Position numbers and translations under genes: made by a program. A DNA stretch of 63,721 nt, counting the filler, from Lama guanicoe (lineage: Eukaryota): NCBI GenBank assembly GCA_013239625.1. It is 182 parts of 182 records of this genome, joined end to end, with 100 filler letters (N's around TTAATTAATTAA, not from the genome) between each part and the next. Parts side by side here need not be neighbours in the genome. Positions count along the whole stretch, not along the records: positions 24,514 to 24,764 come from PNXV01048420.1; positions 24,865 to 25,115 come from PNXV01048421.1; positions 25,216 to 25,466 come from PNXV01048422.1; positions 25,567 to 25,817 come from PNXV01048423.1; positions 25,918 to 26,168 come from PNXV01048424.1; positions 26,269 to 26,519 come from PNXV01048425.1; positions 26,620 to 26,870 come from PNXV01048426.1; positions 26,971 to 27,221 come from PNXV01048427.1; 174 more parts are not named here. One strand, 5' to 3'. Shown in pieces: positions 24,414 through 36,800 of the stretch (positions within the stretch are counted from its first letter, which is position 1; every line of letters begins with the position of its first letter). The notes below the pieces were generated by a model. The model saw nothing but the letters and a program-made list of their open reading frames with translations, was not told where the DNA came from and ran no database searches.

Positions 24414-25706
24414 NNNNNNNNNNNNNNNNNNNNNNNNNNNNNNNNNNNNNNNNNNNNTTAATTAATTAANNNNNNNNNNNNNNNNNNNNNNNNNNNNNNN
24501 NNNNNNNNNNNNNGACATTGACATGTAGGAAAACATGTCTTAAATGATCATGAAAATAATAAAACATGATTAGCATGGACACAGTGAAAGTCATAGGTTA
24601 CATGTAGTCGCCATCACTTCAGATATTTTTTAACAGACCATAAACTCCCACAGTTTTCTATCCACAACTAAACCTTTTTTCCTCAAAGTTAGAAGCCTCA
24701 GTGATATTTCTGGTATGTGAAATTGCAGATAAGTCAGTTCTCTTCTTAGCCAGTTAATTAAAAGNNNNNNNNNNNNNNNNNNNNNNNNNNNNNNNNNNNN
24801 NNNNNNNNTTAATTAATTAANNNNNNNNNNNNNNNNNNNNNNNNNNNNNNNNNNNNNNNNNNNNAATCAATCCAGCTAATATGGAGTAACAGAGACCATA
24901 TTCACCATCCTAAAATAAACCACAAAATGGATACAATACATGAAGCAATGATTTTTAAGAGATGTGAAAACGATCATCCGCTAGGACCCTGTCCTGCCAC
25001 CCACACATACCAAGGCTGCTTGGCTTCCTACTGCCATCACCAACAATGTCCACCAAGAGGCGACAATTCATTCCTCAGCTCCTACTGCAGGGCCAGTCCT
25101 GAGCAGTCCTTTTCCNNNNNNNNNNNNNNNNNNNNNNNNNNNNNNNNNNNNNNNNNNNNTTAATTAATTAANNNNNNNNNNNNNNNNNNNNNNNNNNNNN
25201 NNNNNNNNNNNNNNNAGCATTTACAAGGCTGTGCGACAAAGGCCTACAACACGTGGTCCTTGTCATTAAATAGCTTTCCAGTCTGGCTGGGGAGCTAAGT
25301 CATAAACACTTGAAAAGATAATTAATAAGACCAGACTCTCTAATCTGTGGGCCAAGGGAATATTGGAGACAACAGAGGCAGAGAACCTCCTTCAGTAAAA
25401 AGGTAAATTCCCAGAAATGAAAGGGCCTTGGCGATGCAGATGGGCTGCACGTGGAGAATCTGTGCTNNNNNNNNNNNNNNNNNNNNNNNNNNNNNNNNNN
25501 NNNNNNNNNNTTAATTAATTAANNNNNNNNNNNNNNNNNNNNNNNNNNNNNNNNNNNNNNNNNNNNTATTTCTTAAAATCCTGTTTATCACTGAGCTACA
25601 CTGTGCCTTCTGTGATTCTAGATGGAAATTTCAATTAATCCACAGCATATATAAGCATGCACAAAAATTCAGCCCTGCCAAAAGCAGAAACTTGACTCGT
25701 ACTCAC

Positions 25707-25817
25707 AGGGGTCCCTGGGCCTCCAAACGAGACAGACGCAATCATGAGGCCCACCACGGAGGAAGGAGGCTTCATCACCTCGAACGCGCCCGTTTGGAGG
25801 GGCACAGAGCAGTCAGT
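25707..25817 (-). CDS. Candidate exon 3' end, unidentified gene
   Basis: 37 open codons (TDCSVPLQTGAFEVMKPPSSVVGLMIASVSFGGPGTP) end at a GTGAGT donor. GC and CpG content drop on the intron side. Confidence 0.3.
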
Positions 25818-25917
25818 NNNNNNNNNNNNNNNNNNNNNNNNNNNNNNNNNNNNNNNNNNNNTTAATTAATTAANNNNNNNNNNNNNNNNNNNNNNNNNNN
25901 NNNNNNNNNNNNNNNNN

Positions 25918-26168
25918 GGTGGAGGTGGTGGTGATGGTGGCAATGGAGGCGATGGCGGTAAAGAAGCTGATGCTGGTGGTCACGAGACGGTGGTGGTGAT
26001 GATGATGCTGGTGGTGATGGTGATGGTGACAATGGTGGTAAAGAAGCTGATGCTGGTGGTCACGAGACGGTGGTGGTGATGGTGCTGATGCTGGTGGTCA
26101 CGAGACGATGGTGGTATGCTGCTGATGCCGATGATGGTGATAATGATGCTGCTGCAGATGCAGATGCT
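25918..26168 (+). repeat. (GGT/GAT/GCT)n low-complexity minisatellite with repeated 'gctgatgctggtggtcacgagacg' cassette (3 copies)
   Basis: Direct inspection. Confidence 0.85.
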
Positions 26169-27394
26169 NNNNNNNNNNNNNNNNNNNNNNNNNNNNNNNN
26201 NNNNNNNNNNNNTTAATTAATTAANNNNNNNNNNNNNNNNNNNNNNNNNNNNNNNNNNNNNNNNNNNNGTTACTGGTAAGATATTTTGTAGAATTTCCTT
26301 TAATTTGGATTTTACTGATCTTTTCCTCATGGTTAAACAGGGGTTATGAGTGTTGGGGGGAGGACCACAGAGGTCAGTGCCATTCTCAGCACATCGTGGC
26401 CGTGGTTCCCGCTGTCAATGTGGTCTGACTGCCTGGCTCAGGTGTGCTCTCAGGGTTCTCCACTGTGAAGTTAGGCTGTGTTCCCCTTTCCATACTACTT
26501 CTTTCTATTTTAATTCTGCNNNNNNNNNNNNNNNNNNNNNNNNNNNNNNNNNNNNNNNNNNNNTTAATTAATTAANNNNNNNNNNNNNNNNNNNNNNNNN
26601 NNNNNNNNNNNNNNNNNNNCCTCACTCATACCATGTGCTTTTGATAATTATGGCTAAGGAAAAATTCACAAGACTTCATTAACATTTCCAGCTCATTTTT
26701 ATTAATAACTGATCATAAGAATACATGGCAGACACTTTGACCAATGTTTCACTTTTGAGTGATGACAAACTAATTATTTTAAAGCACTGATGATGAAGGC
26801 TTTTCAGTTAAAAATCCTGTTTCGAAAAGGCAGACTTGGAGATACCCAAGTCAGAAGCACACTGAGGGTGNNNNNNNNNNNNNNNNNNNNNNNNNNNNNN
26901 NNNNNNNNNNNNNNTTAATTAATTAANNNNNNNNNNNNNNNNNNNNNNNNNNNNNNNNNNNNNNNNNNNNCCATCAGCTGCTGCCCACGACACACAAAAT
27001 AATTGCAAAGAAGTGACCCTGTGTGGTGGTGGTGGGGGGAGCAGGAGGGAGCTGAACACTCATTCGCTCCATGGCAAGAATGGGGAGTCGGATGCTCGCC
27101 TCTCGACCCCCAGATCGGGGATTAACTCCTCCATCTCTCGGGTTCTGATTTGGGCTGCGATGAAGGATTGGGGAGGGAGAAGATTTCCAGACTCCTTTCA
27201 GGACAAAGCAAAGTCCATGCGNNNNNNNNNNNNNNNNNNNNNNNNNNNNNNNNNNNNNNNNNNNNTTAATTAATTAANNNNNNNNNNNNNNNNNNNNNNN
27301 NNNNNNNNNNNNNNNNNNNNNACAAACAAGGAGCTGGGTCTTGACTCGGGGCAGGGACAAGTCTGTCCCTCGGTCTTCCCTCAGCCCACCTGCT

Positions 27395-27572
27395 GAGCGC
27401 GACCAGGGCGGAGCACGACCAGGGCGGAGCGCCTACCAGGGCCCAGGGCGACCAGGGCGGAGCGCCTACCAGGGCCCAGCGCGACCAGGGCGGAGCGCCG
27501 ACCAGGGCGGAGCGCGACCAAGGCGGAGCGCCGGCCAGGGCGGAGCGCGACCAGGGCGGAGCACCGACCAGG
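27395..27572 (+). repeat. GC-rich 16/17-bp minisatellite (GACCAGGGCGGAGCGC)n
   Basis: About 11 tandem units running off the contig end. Confidence 0.92.
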
Positions 27573-27672
27573 NNNNNNNNNNNNNNNNNNNNNNNNNNNN
27601 NNNNNNNNNNNNNNNNTTAATTAATTAANNNNNNNNNNNNNNNNNNNNNNNNNNNNNNNNNNNNNNNNNNNN

Positions 27673-27922
27673 AGAATGGCCATCATTCAAAAGTCCACAA
27701 ATGATAAATGCTGGAAAGGGTAAGAAGATAAGGGAACCCTCCTACACTGTTGGTAGGAATGCAGTTTGGTGCAGCCATCGTGGAAAACAATATGGAGAGC
27801 CCTCAAAAGACTAAAAATAGATGTACCATATGACCCAGCAATCCCACTCCTGGGCATAATTCCAGAAGGAACTCTAATTCAAAAAGACACCTGTACCCCA
27901 ATGTTCATAGCAGCACTATTTA
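27673..27922 (+). mobile_element. L1 ORF2 C-terminal fragment
   Basis: [51 protein letters not shown]. Confidence 0.95.
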
Positions 27923-28724
27923 NNNNNNNNNNNNNNNNNNNNNNNNNNNNNNNNNNNNNNNNNNNNTTAATTAATTAANNNNNNNNNNNNNNNNNNNNNN
28001 NNNNNNNNNNNNNNNNNNNNNNGATAGCAGACTAAGACAAAGGAGAAGATGTTTTGGAGACAGAAATTGAGGGAGCCGGCCTGCAGTGTCTACCACAGCA
28101 GAGGCAGGACTTGAACCTGGGTCTGACTCCAAGGCCTATTCTCTCAGTCACTGTTTCTACAGACTCTGCTTTATCGCAAACAAAACAAAACTCTCAACCA
28201 TGGAAACTTTAAAGGAGTTAAACAACGAGTGAAGCTGAGAAATGAATGAACTATTCAAACTGGTTAAGGGAGANNNNNNNNNNNNNNNNNNNNNNNNNNN
28301 NNNNNNNNNNNNNNNNNTTAATTAATTAANNNNNNNNNNNNNNNNNNNNNNNNNNNNNNNNNNNNNNNNNNNNTGGACATGTTTATGGCAAGACTGGAGG
28401 TGGTCCCTCTGTGTCCTTATCTATAAACTGGTCCGGGGGTACTTATTACAGACGCACGTTTTTTGTGCATCCGTCATCCCTCCGCAGAGGCAGTTAGAAC
28501 ATAGAGTGTGACAGGCTGGGGCCATGTCCCAGAGCCCTTCCGAGGGGTGAGACCGGGAAGGGGTTTGAACAGGCAAGGGGGGTTGGATTTGGGTTTTGGT
28601 GAGTAGCTCTGGCATCTTGGGGTCNNNNNNNNNNNNNNNNNNNNNNNNNNNNNNNNNNNNNNNNNNNNTTAATTAATTAANNNNNNNNNNNNNNNNNNNN
28701 NNNNNNNNNNNNNNNNNNNNNNNN

Positions 28725-28975
28725 CCGTTCAGGACCCGCTACAACAATCAAGCCAGCCTAGCTCCTCCCTAGACTGCTCCCGGACTGAGCATGGCTGGGA
28801 TACCAGAGAGGGGCTACTTCTGCCCAGGATGGTCCCTCTTACAAGCAGTCTTTGCTCTGGGCTCCCCGTCAGCCTGCCAAGCCTTTCTCAGAACTTCATT
28901 ACGGTCTGACGCTCTTTCTCCCCAATCCTCCCGCCTTCCATTCTCTTCCTGCCCACTCCCGCTCTCTCTCCCCTC
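28725..28975 (+). mobile_element. ERVL LTR (LTR16-like) fragment
   Basis: 'gcagtctttgctctgggctcccc...ctttctcagaact...gtctgacgctctttctccccaatcctcc' pattern. Confidence 0.5.
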
Positions 28976-29426
28976 NNNNNNNNNNNNNNNNNNNNNNNNN
29001 NNNNNNNNNNNNNNNNNNNTTAATTAATTAANNNNNNNNNNNNNNNNNNNNNNNNNNNNNNNNNNNNNNNNNNNNCGAATCTTACAAGCTTTCCTCTTAC
29101 CTAAATTTCTCATTGTTTGTATTATATCAGCAGATGGCACTACCTGAATAACCCATTTAAATTAATTTCTTTGGTACTTATGCTATTTTAAAATTATTTT
29201 AAGTGTGCTCATGGTGAGCAGAAAAGTTTGTTAAACATAAGGCACACTCATTCCATATTTAATGCAGAATATATTTATTTAGTTGGCACACTCTAGATTG
29301 ACAATAAACTTCCTGCCTTTGAACTCNNNNNNNNNNNNNNNNNNNNNNNNNNNNNNNNNNNNNNNNNNNNTTAATTAATTAANNNNNNNNNNNNNNNNNN
29401 NNNNNNNNNNNNNNNNNNNNNNNNNN

Positions 29427-29677
29427 AAAAAACCACATGATCATCTCAGTAGGTACAGAAAAAGCATTTGATAATATTTAACAACTATTTGCAATAAAAT
29501 TTCTTATCACAGTGGGCATAGACGTACCATATCTCAACATAATGAAAGCTTCTTATGACAAACATATAGCCAGCAACATACACAATGGTGAAAAACTGAA
29601 ACCCTTCCCACAAAACCTGAGACAAGAGAAGGTTGCCAATTCTCACAATTTCAATTCAATATAGTCTTGGAACTCCT
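29427..29677 (+). mobile_element. L1 ORF2 reverse-transcriptase fragment, decayed
   Basis: KNHMIISVGTEKAFD (canonical ISIDAEKAFD), then NGEKLKPFP and a decayed RQGCPLS motif. Confidence 0.92.
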
Positions 29678-29777
29678 NNNNNNNNNNNNNNNNNNNNNNN
29701 NNNNNNNNNNNNNNNNNNNNNTTAATTAATTAANNNNNNNNNNNNNNNNNNNNNNNNNNNNNNNNNNNNNNNNNNNN

Positions 29778-30028
29778 CGGTGCATGCTCCAGTGGAATAA
29801 ACCAGTGGGGAATGCACCGAGGTGCACGCCCCAGTGGAGTAAACCAGTGGGAAAGACAGCGAGGTGCGCGCACCAATGGAATAAAACAGCGGGGTATCCG
29901 TCACAGAGCATGCCCTAGTGGAAGAAACCAGTGGAGAATACGAAGCGGAGTATGCTCCTGTGGAATAAACCAGTGAGGAATACTCCGCAGAGCATTCCAG
30001 GTGGAGTAATCCAGCGGGGTCTACACCT
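29778..30028 (+). repeat. Diverged 42-bp tandem satellite, about 6 units filling the contig
   Basis: Unit ggtgcatgctccagtggaataaaccagtggggaatgcaccga, with an internal CCAGTGG duplication. Confidence 0.9.
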
Positions 30029-31181
30029 NNNNNNNNNNNNNNNNNNNNNNNNNNNNNNNNNNNNNNNNNNNNTTAATTAATTAANNNNNNNNNNNNNNNN
30101 NNNNNNNNNNNNNNNNNNNNNNNNNNNNACAAAAAAAAAATTCTTCTGTTAAAGATTCACTGAGTAGAAATTTACAATCTACTAATTACTGAGTATTTGT
30201 GTTTGAAGGGTGTGTATTTCACATTTTACTCTTCAACCAGTTTTCCAGCATCAGAGATAAGACATATGAGAAACAGAAAAAAGGATAAACTTTTTTTTAT
30301 TTGATTGGTTTTGAAGCAAGTTTAATGAATGATTAATAAAATTTTTGAGATCATCAGCTGGTTAAAACCAAAGGTATAANNNNNNNNNNNNNNNNNNNNN
30401 NNNNNNNNNNNNNNNNNNNNNNNTTAATTAATTAANNNNNNNNNNNNNNNNNNNNNNNNNNNNNNNNNNNNNNNNNNNNCTACATACTATTTCTTTTGGT
30501 CACATTTTCAATTACCTCGTTTGACGGAAATCTTGAGAAATCAAATGGACTTTGATTAATTTTCAAGCATTCTCAAATCTCACCAACTCTTGGTAAAGAG
30601 TTTCCTTGTCTAGAGTTTTCACAATTCTAAGAAGAATATGTGATTCTGTACCATTTCTGTGTCTCTGAAATGCTAGAGGAGATGTGTCTTTGAAAATAAA
30701 ACAAAAAGTTTACTCATGACAAAATGAATCNNNNNNNNNNNNNNNNNNNNNNNNNNNNNNNNNNNNNNNNNNNNTTAATTAATTAANNNNNNNNNNNNNN
30801 NNNNNNNNNNNNNNNNNNNNNNNNNNNNNNCCACAAGTTTGCATTCTATGTAAAATCCTTTTTTATCTCACTTCCCCCAACTAATGCTGTGGAAATAACT
30901 TAGTCAAACCTCAATAGTAATGAAATGAAAAAAAAATAATGAATGAAAATGAAAAATTTAATGAATGAAGAGGTAACCTATGGAGACAGAAATGTTATTT
31001 CATAAAACTCACAGCACTGAAAACAATTATAAAAAATAAATATTCAAATAGACATTTGTCACATTTTTAAGGCTTAAAAGGNNNNNNNNNNNNNNNNNNN
31101 NNNNNNNNNNNNNNNNNNNNNNNNNTTAATTAATTAANNNNNNNNNNNNNNNNNNNNNNNNNNNNNNNNNNNNNNNNNNNN

Positions 31182-31431
31182 ATTAGTGATACTGAGCATT
31201 TTTTCATGTGCCTATTGGCCATTTGTATGCATTCGTTGGAGAATTGGTTGTTTAGGTCTTCTGCCCATTTTTGGTTGGAGTTGTTTGTTTTTCTTACTGA
31301 GTTGTATGAGCTGTTTATATATTCTGGGAATTAAACCTTCGTCAGTTGCATGATTTGCAGGTATTTTCTCCCATTCCGTAGGTTGTCGTTTTGTTTCGCT
31401 TATGGTTTCCTTTGCTGTGCAAAAGCTTATA
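31182..31431 (-). mobile_element. L1 ORF2 3' region fragment
   Basis: 'gagcattttttcatgtgcctattggccatttgtatg...cttctgcccatttt...tttcctttgctgtgcaaaagctt'. Confidence 0.92.
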
Positions 31432-32269
31432 NNNNNNNNNNNNNNNNNNNNNNNNNNNNNNNNNNNNNNNNNNNNTTAATTAATTAANNNNNNNNNNNNN
31501 NNNNNNNNNNNNNNNNNNNNNNNNNNNNNNNATGGAATTCCTTGATAGGGTAAATATATCTGCCTTTTAAAAAAAGAATTATTGAAATGTTCTAGCTCTC
31601 ATATTGAAGAGCGAGGTAAGAAGATTTGCATAAACAGCAAGTTAAAAAAATGCACCTTAATTATAGGGCAAACTGATAGGAAAATGGTCATTTCAAATAG
31701 AAATGACTCAAAATCCTTTTTTTATTATTGTTATTTTTAAATTGAGGTATAGTCAGTTTACAATGTTGTGTCAATTTCTGGNNNNNNNNNNNNNNNNNNN
31801 NNNNNNNNNNNNNNNNNNNNNNNNNTTAATTAATTAANNNNNNNNNNNNNNNNNNNNNNNNNNNNNNNNNNNNNNNNNNNNTACATTTCTTCAGTCTCCA
31901 GTTTAATTATTTTTGTCTATCACATAACTAAAGGTGCAGTTGGTGTCAAGTGGTACTTAGTTGTGATAAATAATGCATCCCAGGTGAAACATTTGGGTTT
32001 CCATAGGAAGCTTCAAGGTACAAAATTCACCTATTGGAAGTGGCCCTGAAAATAATGGTTGTCTCCGAGCTTATATGGGAAAGTTCTGGGAAGCATTGTT
32101 GACACAAGTTGGACTTTTGTGTTGTAACATAANNNNNNNNNNNNNNNNNNNNNNNNNNNNNNNNNNNNNNNNNNNNTTAATTAATTAANNNNNNNNNNNN
32201 NNNNNNNNNNNNNNNNNNNNNNNNNNNNNNNNAGGCAATATCTAGTTTTGTTCACAGATGGAGATGTTC

Positions 32270-32483
32270 AAAATATAACACATGCTACAACACCAAAAGC
32301 AAAAATGATAAAAGGAAAATGCAAATTGAGTTTCATCAAAATTAAAAACTTTCGTGCTTCAAAGGATACCACCAAGAAAATGAAAAGATAGCCTATAAAA
32401 TGGGAGAAAATGTCTACAAATCATATATCTGACAAAGAATTTATGCAGATGATATAAAGAACTCTTACAACTCAACAATTAAA
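32270..32483 (+). mobile_element. L1 ORF2 3' region fragment (old L1M)
   Basis: 'atcaaaattaaaaacttt...tgggagaaaatg...aaatcatatatctgacaaag...aaagaactcttacaactcaac'. Confidence 0.85.
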
Positions 32484-33635
32484 NNNNNNNNNNNNNNNNN
32501 NNNNNNNNNNNNNNNNNNNNNNNNNNNTTAATTAATTAANNNNNNNNNNNNNNNNNNNNNNNNNNNNNNNNNNNNNNNNNNNNTTGCAAACTCCACTACA
32601 TAGATATAAATGGGGAGGAACAAGCTCCAACTAGGTTTTACAGTGGAAAATGCCGGAAATTCAAACCAACACTAGGAGACAGACTGAGAAACAAGAGTAA
32701 GTGTTTCTCCTGCAACTTGTTCCCTTTTTGCTAGATGAAAGAACGTCCCTCCACATGCTCAGTTTTGAGAGTAAAGCGTGTGTCAAATCCGTCCTTCAAC
32801 TAGCTTGTTGGGAACACAAAGTTTCTCTTCAGTNNNNNNNNNNNNNNNNNNNNNNNNNNNNNNNNNNNNNNNNNNNNTTAATTAATTAANNNNNNNNNNN
32901 NNNNNNNNNNNNNNNNNNNNNNNNNNNNNNNNNCTTTTAAATATAATATCTTTTGCAATGAATTACCTAAATTCTTTTTAGCTATACACATCTCTAGAGC
33001 AAGACTGCCTATCTCAGAAAGTTTTACAGTTTTAGAAGAAACAAAATTTAACAAATTTGATTAAACAGTGATTTATTGAAACATCTAATTTTTCTCGATA
33101 GAGCCATCCACCAAATTTGGGAATTTCCATTCACATTTTCAAATAGCCACTGAACAATGTTATTTTGAAAAAATAAAAAGTTAGNNNNNNNNNNNNNNNN
33201 NNNNNNNNNNNNNNNNNNNNNNNNNNNNTTAATTAATTAANNNNNNNNNNNNNNNNNNNNNNNNNNNNNNNNNNNNNNNNNNNNTAAATCAGGCAAGAGG
33301 TTTGCAGGAGTGATCCCATACAATGTTTAGTCAAGAGGGAGGAAACCTATCAGATTCAGTAAGAGAAGGCTACTCGTATTCTCATCACCCCCAGCGAAGT
33401 ATGACTGATCTTTCAAGCTCTAGCTCTCAGGCTACCTTCTCTTCCTAGCCTTCTCCCATCCTCCCATGTAACTTCTTCTTCTTTTCCCACCTCCCCTACG
33501 CAATTCAGAAATTAGAGATTCACTTGAGTCTCTAANNNNNNNNNNNNNNNNNNNNNNNNNNNNNNNNNNNNNNNNNNNNTTAATTAATTAANNNNNNNNN
33601 NNNNNNNNNNNNNNNNNNNNNNNNNNNNNNNNNNN

Positions 33636-33850
33636 AATATTACTTGCAGATATTTTCTCCCATTCTATTGGTTGTTTTTCACTTTCTTGATAGTGTTTTT
33701 ACTATAAAGTTCTATATTTAATGTTGGCTTTTTTTTTTCCACTTGTTTCTTTCGTTTTAGGTGTCATATTTAAGAAACTATTGCCTAATCCAAGTTTGAG
33801 GATTTACACTGAGGTTTCCTTTGAAGGGTCTTAGTTATAGCTCTAAGACA
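33636..33850 (-). mobile_element. L1 ORF2 fragment (old L1M)
   Basis: 'cttgcagatattttctcccattct...gtgtcatatttaagaaactattgcctaatccaag'. Confidence 0.8.
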
Positions 33851-36800
33851 GAATACTATAAATAACTGTGTGCCAGTAAATTAGATNNNNNNNNNNNNNN
33901 NNNNNNNNNNNNNNNNNNNNNNNNNNNNNNTTAATTAATTAANNNNNNNNNNNNNNNNNNNNNNNNNNNNNNNNNNNNNNNNNNNNGGTTAGAAATGGGT
34001 TCCAGGAGAAGAAAAATAGACACTTTACATTCCATCCTCAACATCAGCTGCTTCTGAAAGCATTAAAGAGAACACATCATTCCTGCTTCCCTAGGAAGAA
34101 AAGAAATGTTCCGGTAACCGATATCGGGAACTTACAAGGCATATGCTTAGTTCAGGTAAAAGCTATAATTCAGGTAATGTGTACAATTTCTAGTCAGGTT
34201 CAGGGAAAGTTACTGTGGCTTATCTCAATATTGCCTANNNNNNNNNNNNNNNNNNNNNNNNNNNNNNNNNNNNNNNNNNNNTTAATTAATTAANNNNNNN
34301 NNNNNNNNNNNNNNNNNNNNNNNNNNNNNNNNNNNNNTAAAAATATAAAAAAGTAAATAAACTGAATCTATTAGCTGAAAGTTAGAGTTTAAAGTTGGAC
34401 AAAGGAATCAAAATCTAGCTGAATGTTATTTAAAAGGTACAGCAAACTATAATGAGAACAAAAACAAATAGGTAGAAAAATTAGATTTAGCAAATAGCAA
34501 AGTTAAACTTTAATATTGATGTATTAATAGCAGGAAATAATGTGATTTTCAAATAAAAACAAATGAGAAGAATGAAGAAAATTGCTTTNNNNNNNNNNNN
34601 NNNNNNNNNNNNNNNNNNNNNNNNNNNNNNNNTTAATTAATTAANNNNNNNNNNNNNNNNNNNNNNNNNNNNNNNNNNNNNNNNNNNNCAGGGCTGCAGG
34701 GGCAGACAGGACAGAGAGGGTTGTAGAAAGGTTTGGGGGAGGTGGGGGGGGTCACAGAGACCTTGTAAATCACTGTCAGGACTTCGGTTTTGCATCTGAA
34801 TGAGATGGAGGCACCGTGGGGCTCCCAGCAGGGAAATGATGAGGTCTCCCACATGAGAGAAGGGCTGGGAAGGCAGGAGATGTGCTGCTGTTCTGTAGGC
34901 ACAAGGATTTCCTGCTCCTGTAGGTTCTGGGTCCAGGACNNNNNNNNNNNNNNNNNNNNNNNNNNNNNNNNNNNNNNNNNNNNTTAATTAATTAANNNNN
35001 NNNNNNNNNNNNNNNNNNNNNNNNNNNNNNNNNNNNNNNGTGGTTATCGTCTCATGAGTCTGCCTGCTTCACATAACAGGGTGCGCCCACACAGGCCTGC
35101 GAGGCAGGCAGGGCATAGCTGACCGTCCCCACGTAAGGAAGGAAGCCAAGGCCGAGACGTGTTTAAATGAGGGGCGTGCTGTCACAAGGCCGAGTCTTTC
35201 TCCACGGCCTGCTTTTCACGCTGTCACACTGCCATGGTTTGGGGCAAGGGGAGGCATACACATAATTCATTCAAGACCGAATATGAAAAANNNNNNNNNN
35301 NNNNNNNNNNNNNNNNNNNNNNNNNNNNNNNNNNTTAATTAATTAANNNNNNNNNNNNNNNNNNNNNNNNNNNNNNNNNNNNNNNNNNNNGGCCGGTGGG
35401 AGCAGGGCTCCGGTGGGAGGCGTCCGGGTGCTCTGGGACGGAAGGGCGCTTCGGTTAATTGGGTGGTCCGCCCTTGGACTGCTCATACACCCGCCCACCA
35501 GGCAAAACTGAGTCCTGCGACCTGCCCGACACGGTGTCGGAGGCCGAGGACACAAGCACAAGGGCTCCCGCAGGGTCTGCGGTGTCAGACGCGGGAACGC
35601 AGATGCAGCACCATCGCTGTGGAGACAGGAGACCCTGTGGCNNNNNNNNNNNNNNNNNNNNNNNNNNNNNNNNNNNNNNNNNNNNTTAATTAATTAANNN
35701 NNNNNNNNNNNNNNNNNNNNNNNNNNNNNNNNNNNNNNNNNCTTGGGGGAGGGGCAGTGCTGGCCAAGTTCCTCTCACCCTCTCCAGTGTCTCCTAACCC
35801 GTGTTTTTTCTCCAATGATGTGCTGAAATCTCCTCCCAAGAAGGCTGGACTTCTCCAAATTCTCTCTTGCCTGCAGGTGTCTGCCCAGGTCAGCACTCTC
35901 CAGGTTTTCCCTGACTGTGGCCAAGGGCGGGTTGGGGTGGCACTGCTGGCTTCTGCTGGCTTTGCAGCCTTGGCCAAGGTCTGTCTGCTTATNNNNNNNN
36001 NNNNNNNNNNNNNNNNNNNNNNNNNNNNNNNNNNNNTTAATTAATTAANNNNNNNNNNNNNNNNNNNNNNNNNNNNNNNNNNNNNNNNNNNNCATTCATC
36101 TCGCCTTGACAGCTGAGCGACCTCTCACTGTATATCCCACCGTGAGTCACAGTTGGAAGGCTTGGGGTGGACAGTCACGAGGACCCCGGGTCGGCGCTGG
36201 CCTGCAGGCTGGCCGGTCCAAGCAGAACCCCCGTCCTGAGGCTCACAGAGCAGGGTGTTCATGCTGGAAAAGGTGTGTGATCATGAATGGCTCATCTCAG
36301 GGGAGGGGACACAGCAGCCGCGGTGAGTGGTGGTGGCGGGACCNNNNNNNNNNNNNNNNNNNNNNNNNNNNNNNNNNNNNNNNNNNNTTAATTAATTAAN
36401 NNNNNNNNNNNNNNNNNNNNNNNNNNNNNNNNNNNNNNNNNNNTGTCTGTCATCTTATATTTGGAAAGTTTTACTAAATTATATTTATAATTATATTTTT
36501 ACTTCATATTATTTTACTTCATTTTATTATTTTTACTGCATATTTATAATTATTATTTTTACTTCATTTGGAGAGGCCAGTTATGTATATAGTAGATTTT
36601 ACTTGCTTTTGTCTATAATTATCCTATTAAGCGTTTTCATGCTTGCTTTTTCTCGTATCATTTTACTTTATTTTTAAAGTTTTTATTCTCCCTGNNNNNN
36701 NNNNNNNNNNNNNNNNNNNNNNNNNNNNNNNNNNNNNNTTAATTAATTAANNNNNNNNNNNNNNNNNNNNNNNNNNNNNNNNNNNNNNNNNNNNTTATCC

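Noticed and set aside
27341..27628. Repeat protein (GARPGRSA)n
   Set aside because: Translation of a GC-rich minisatellite with a non-ATG start and no support for coding.
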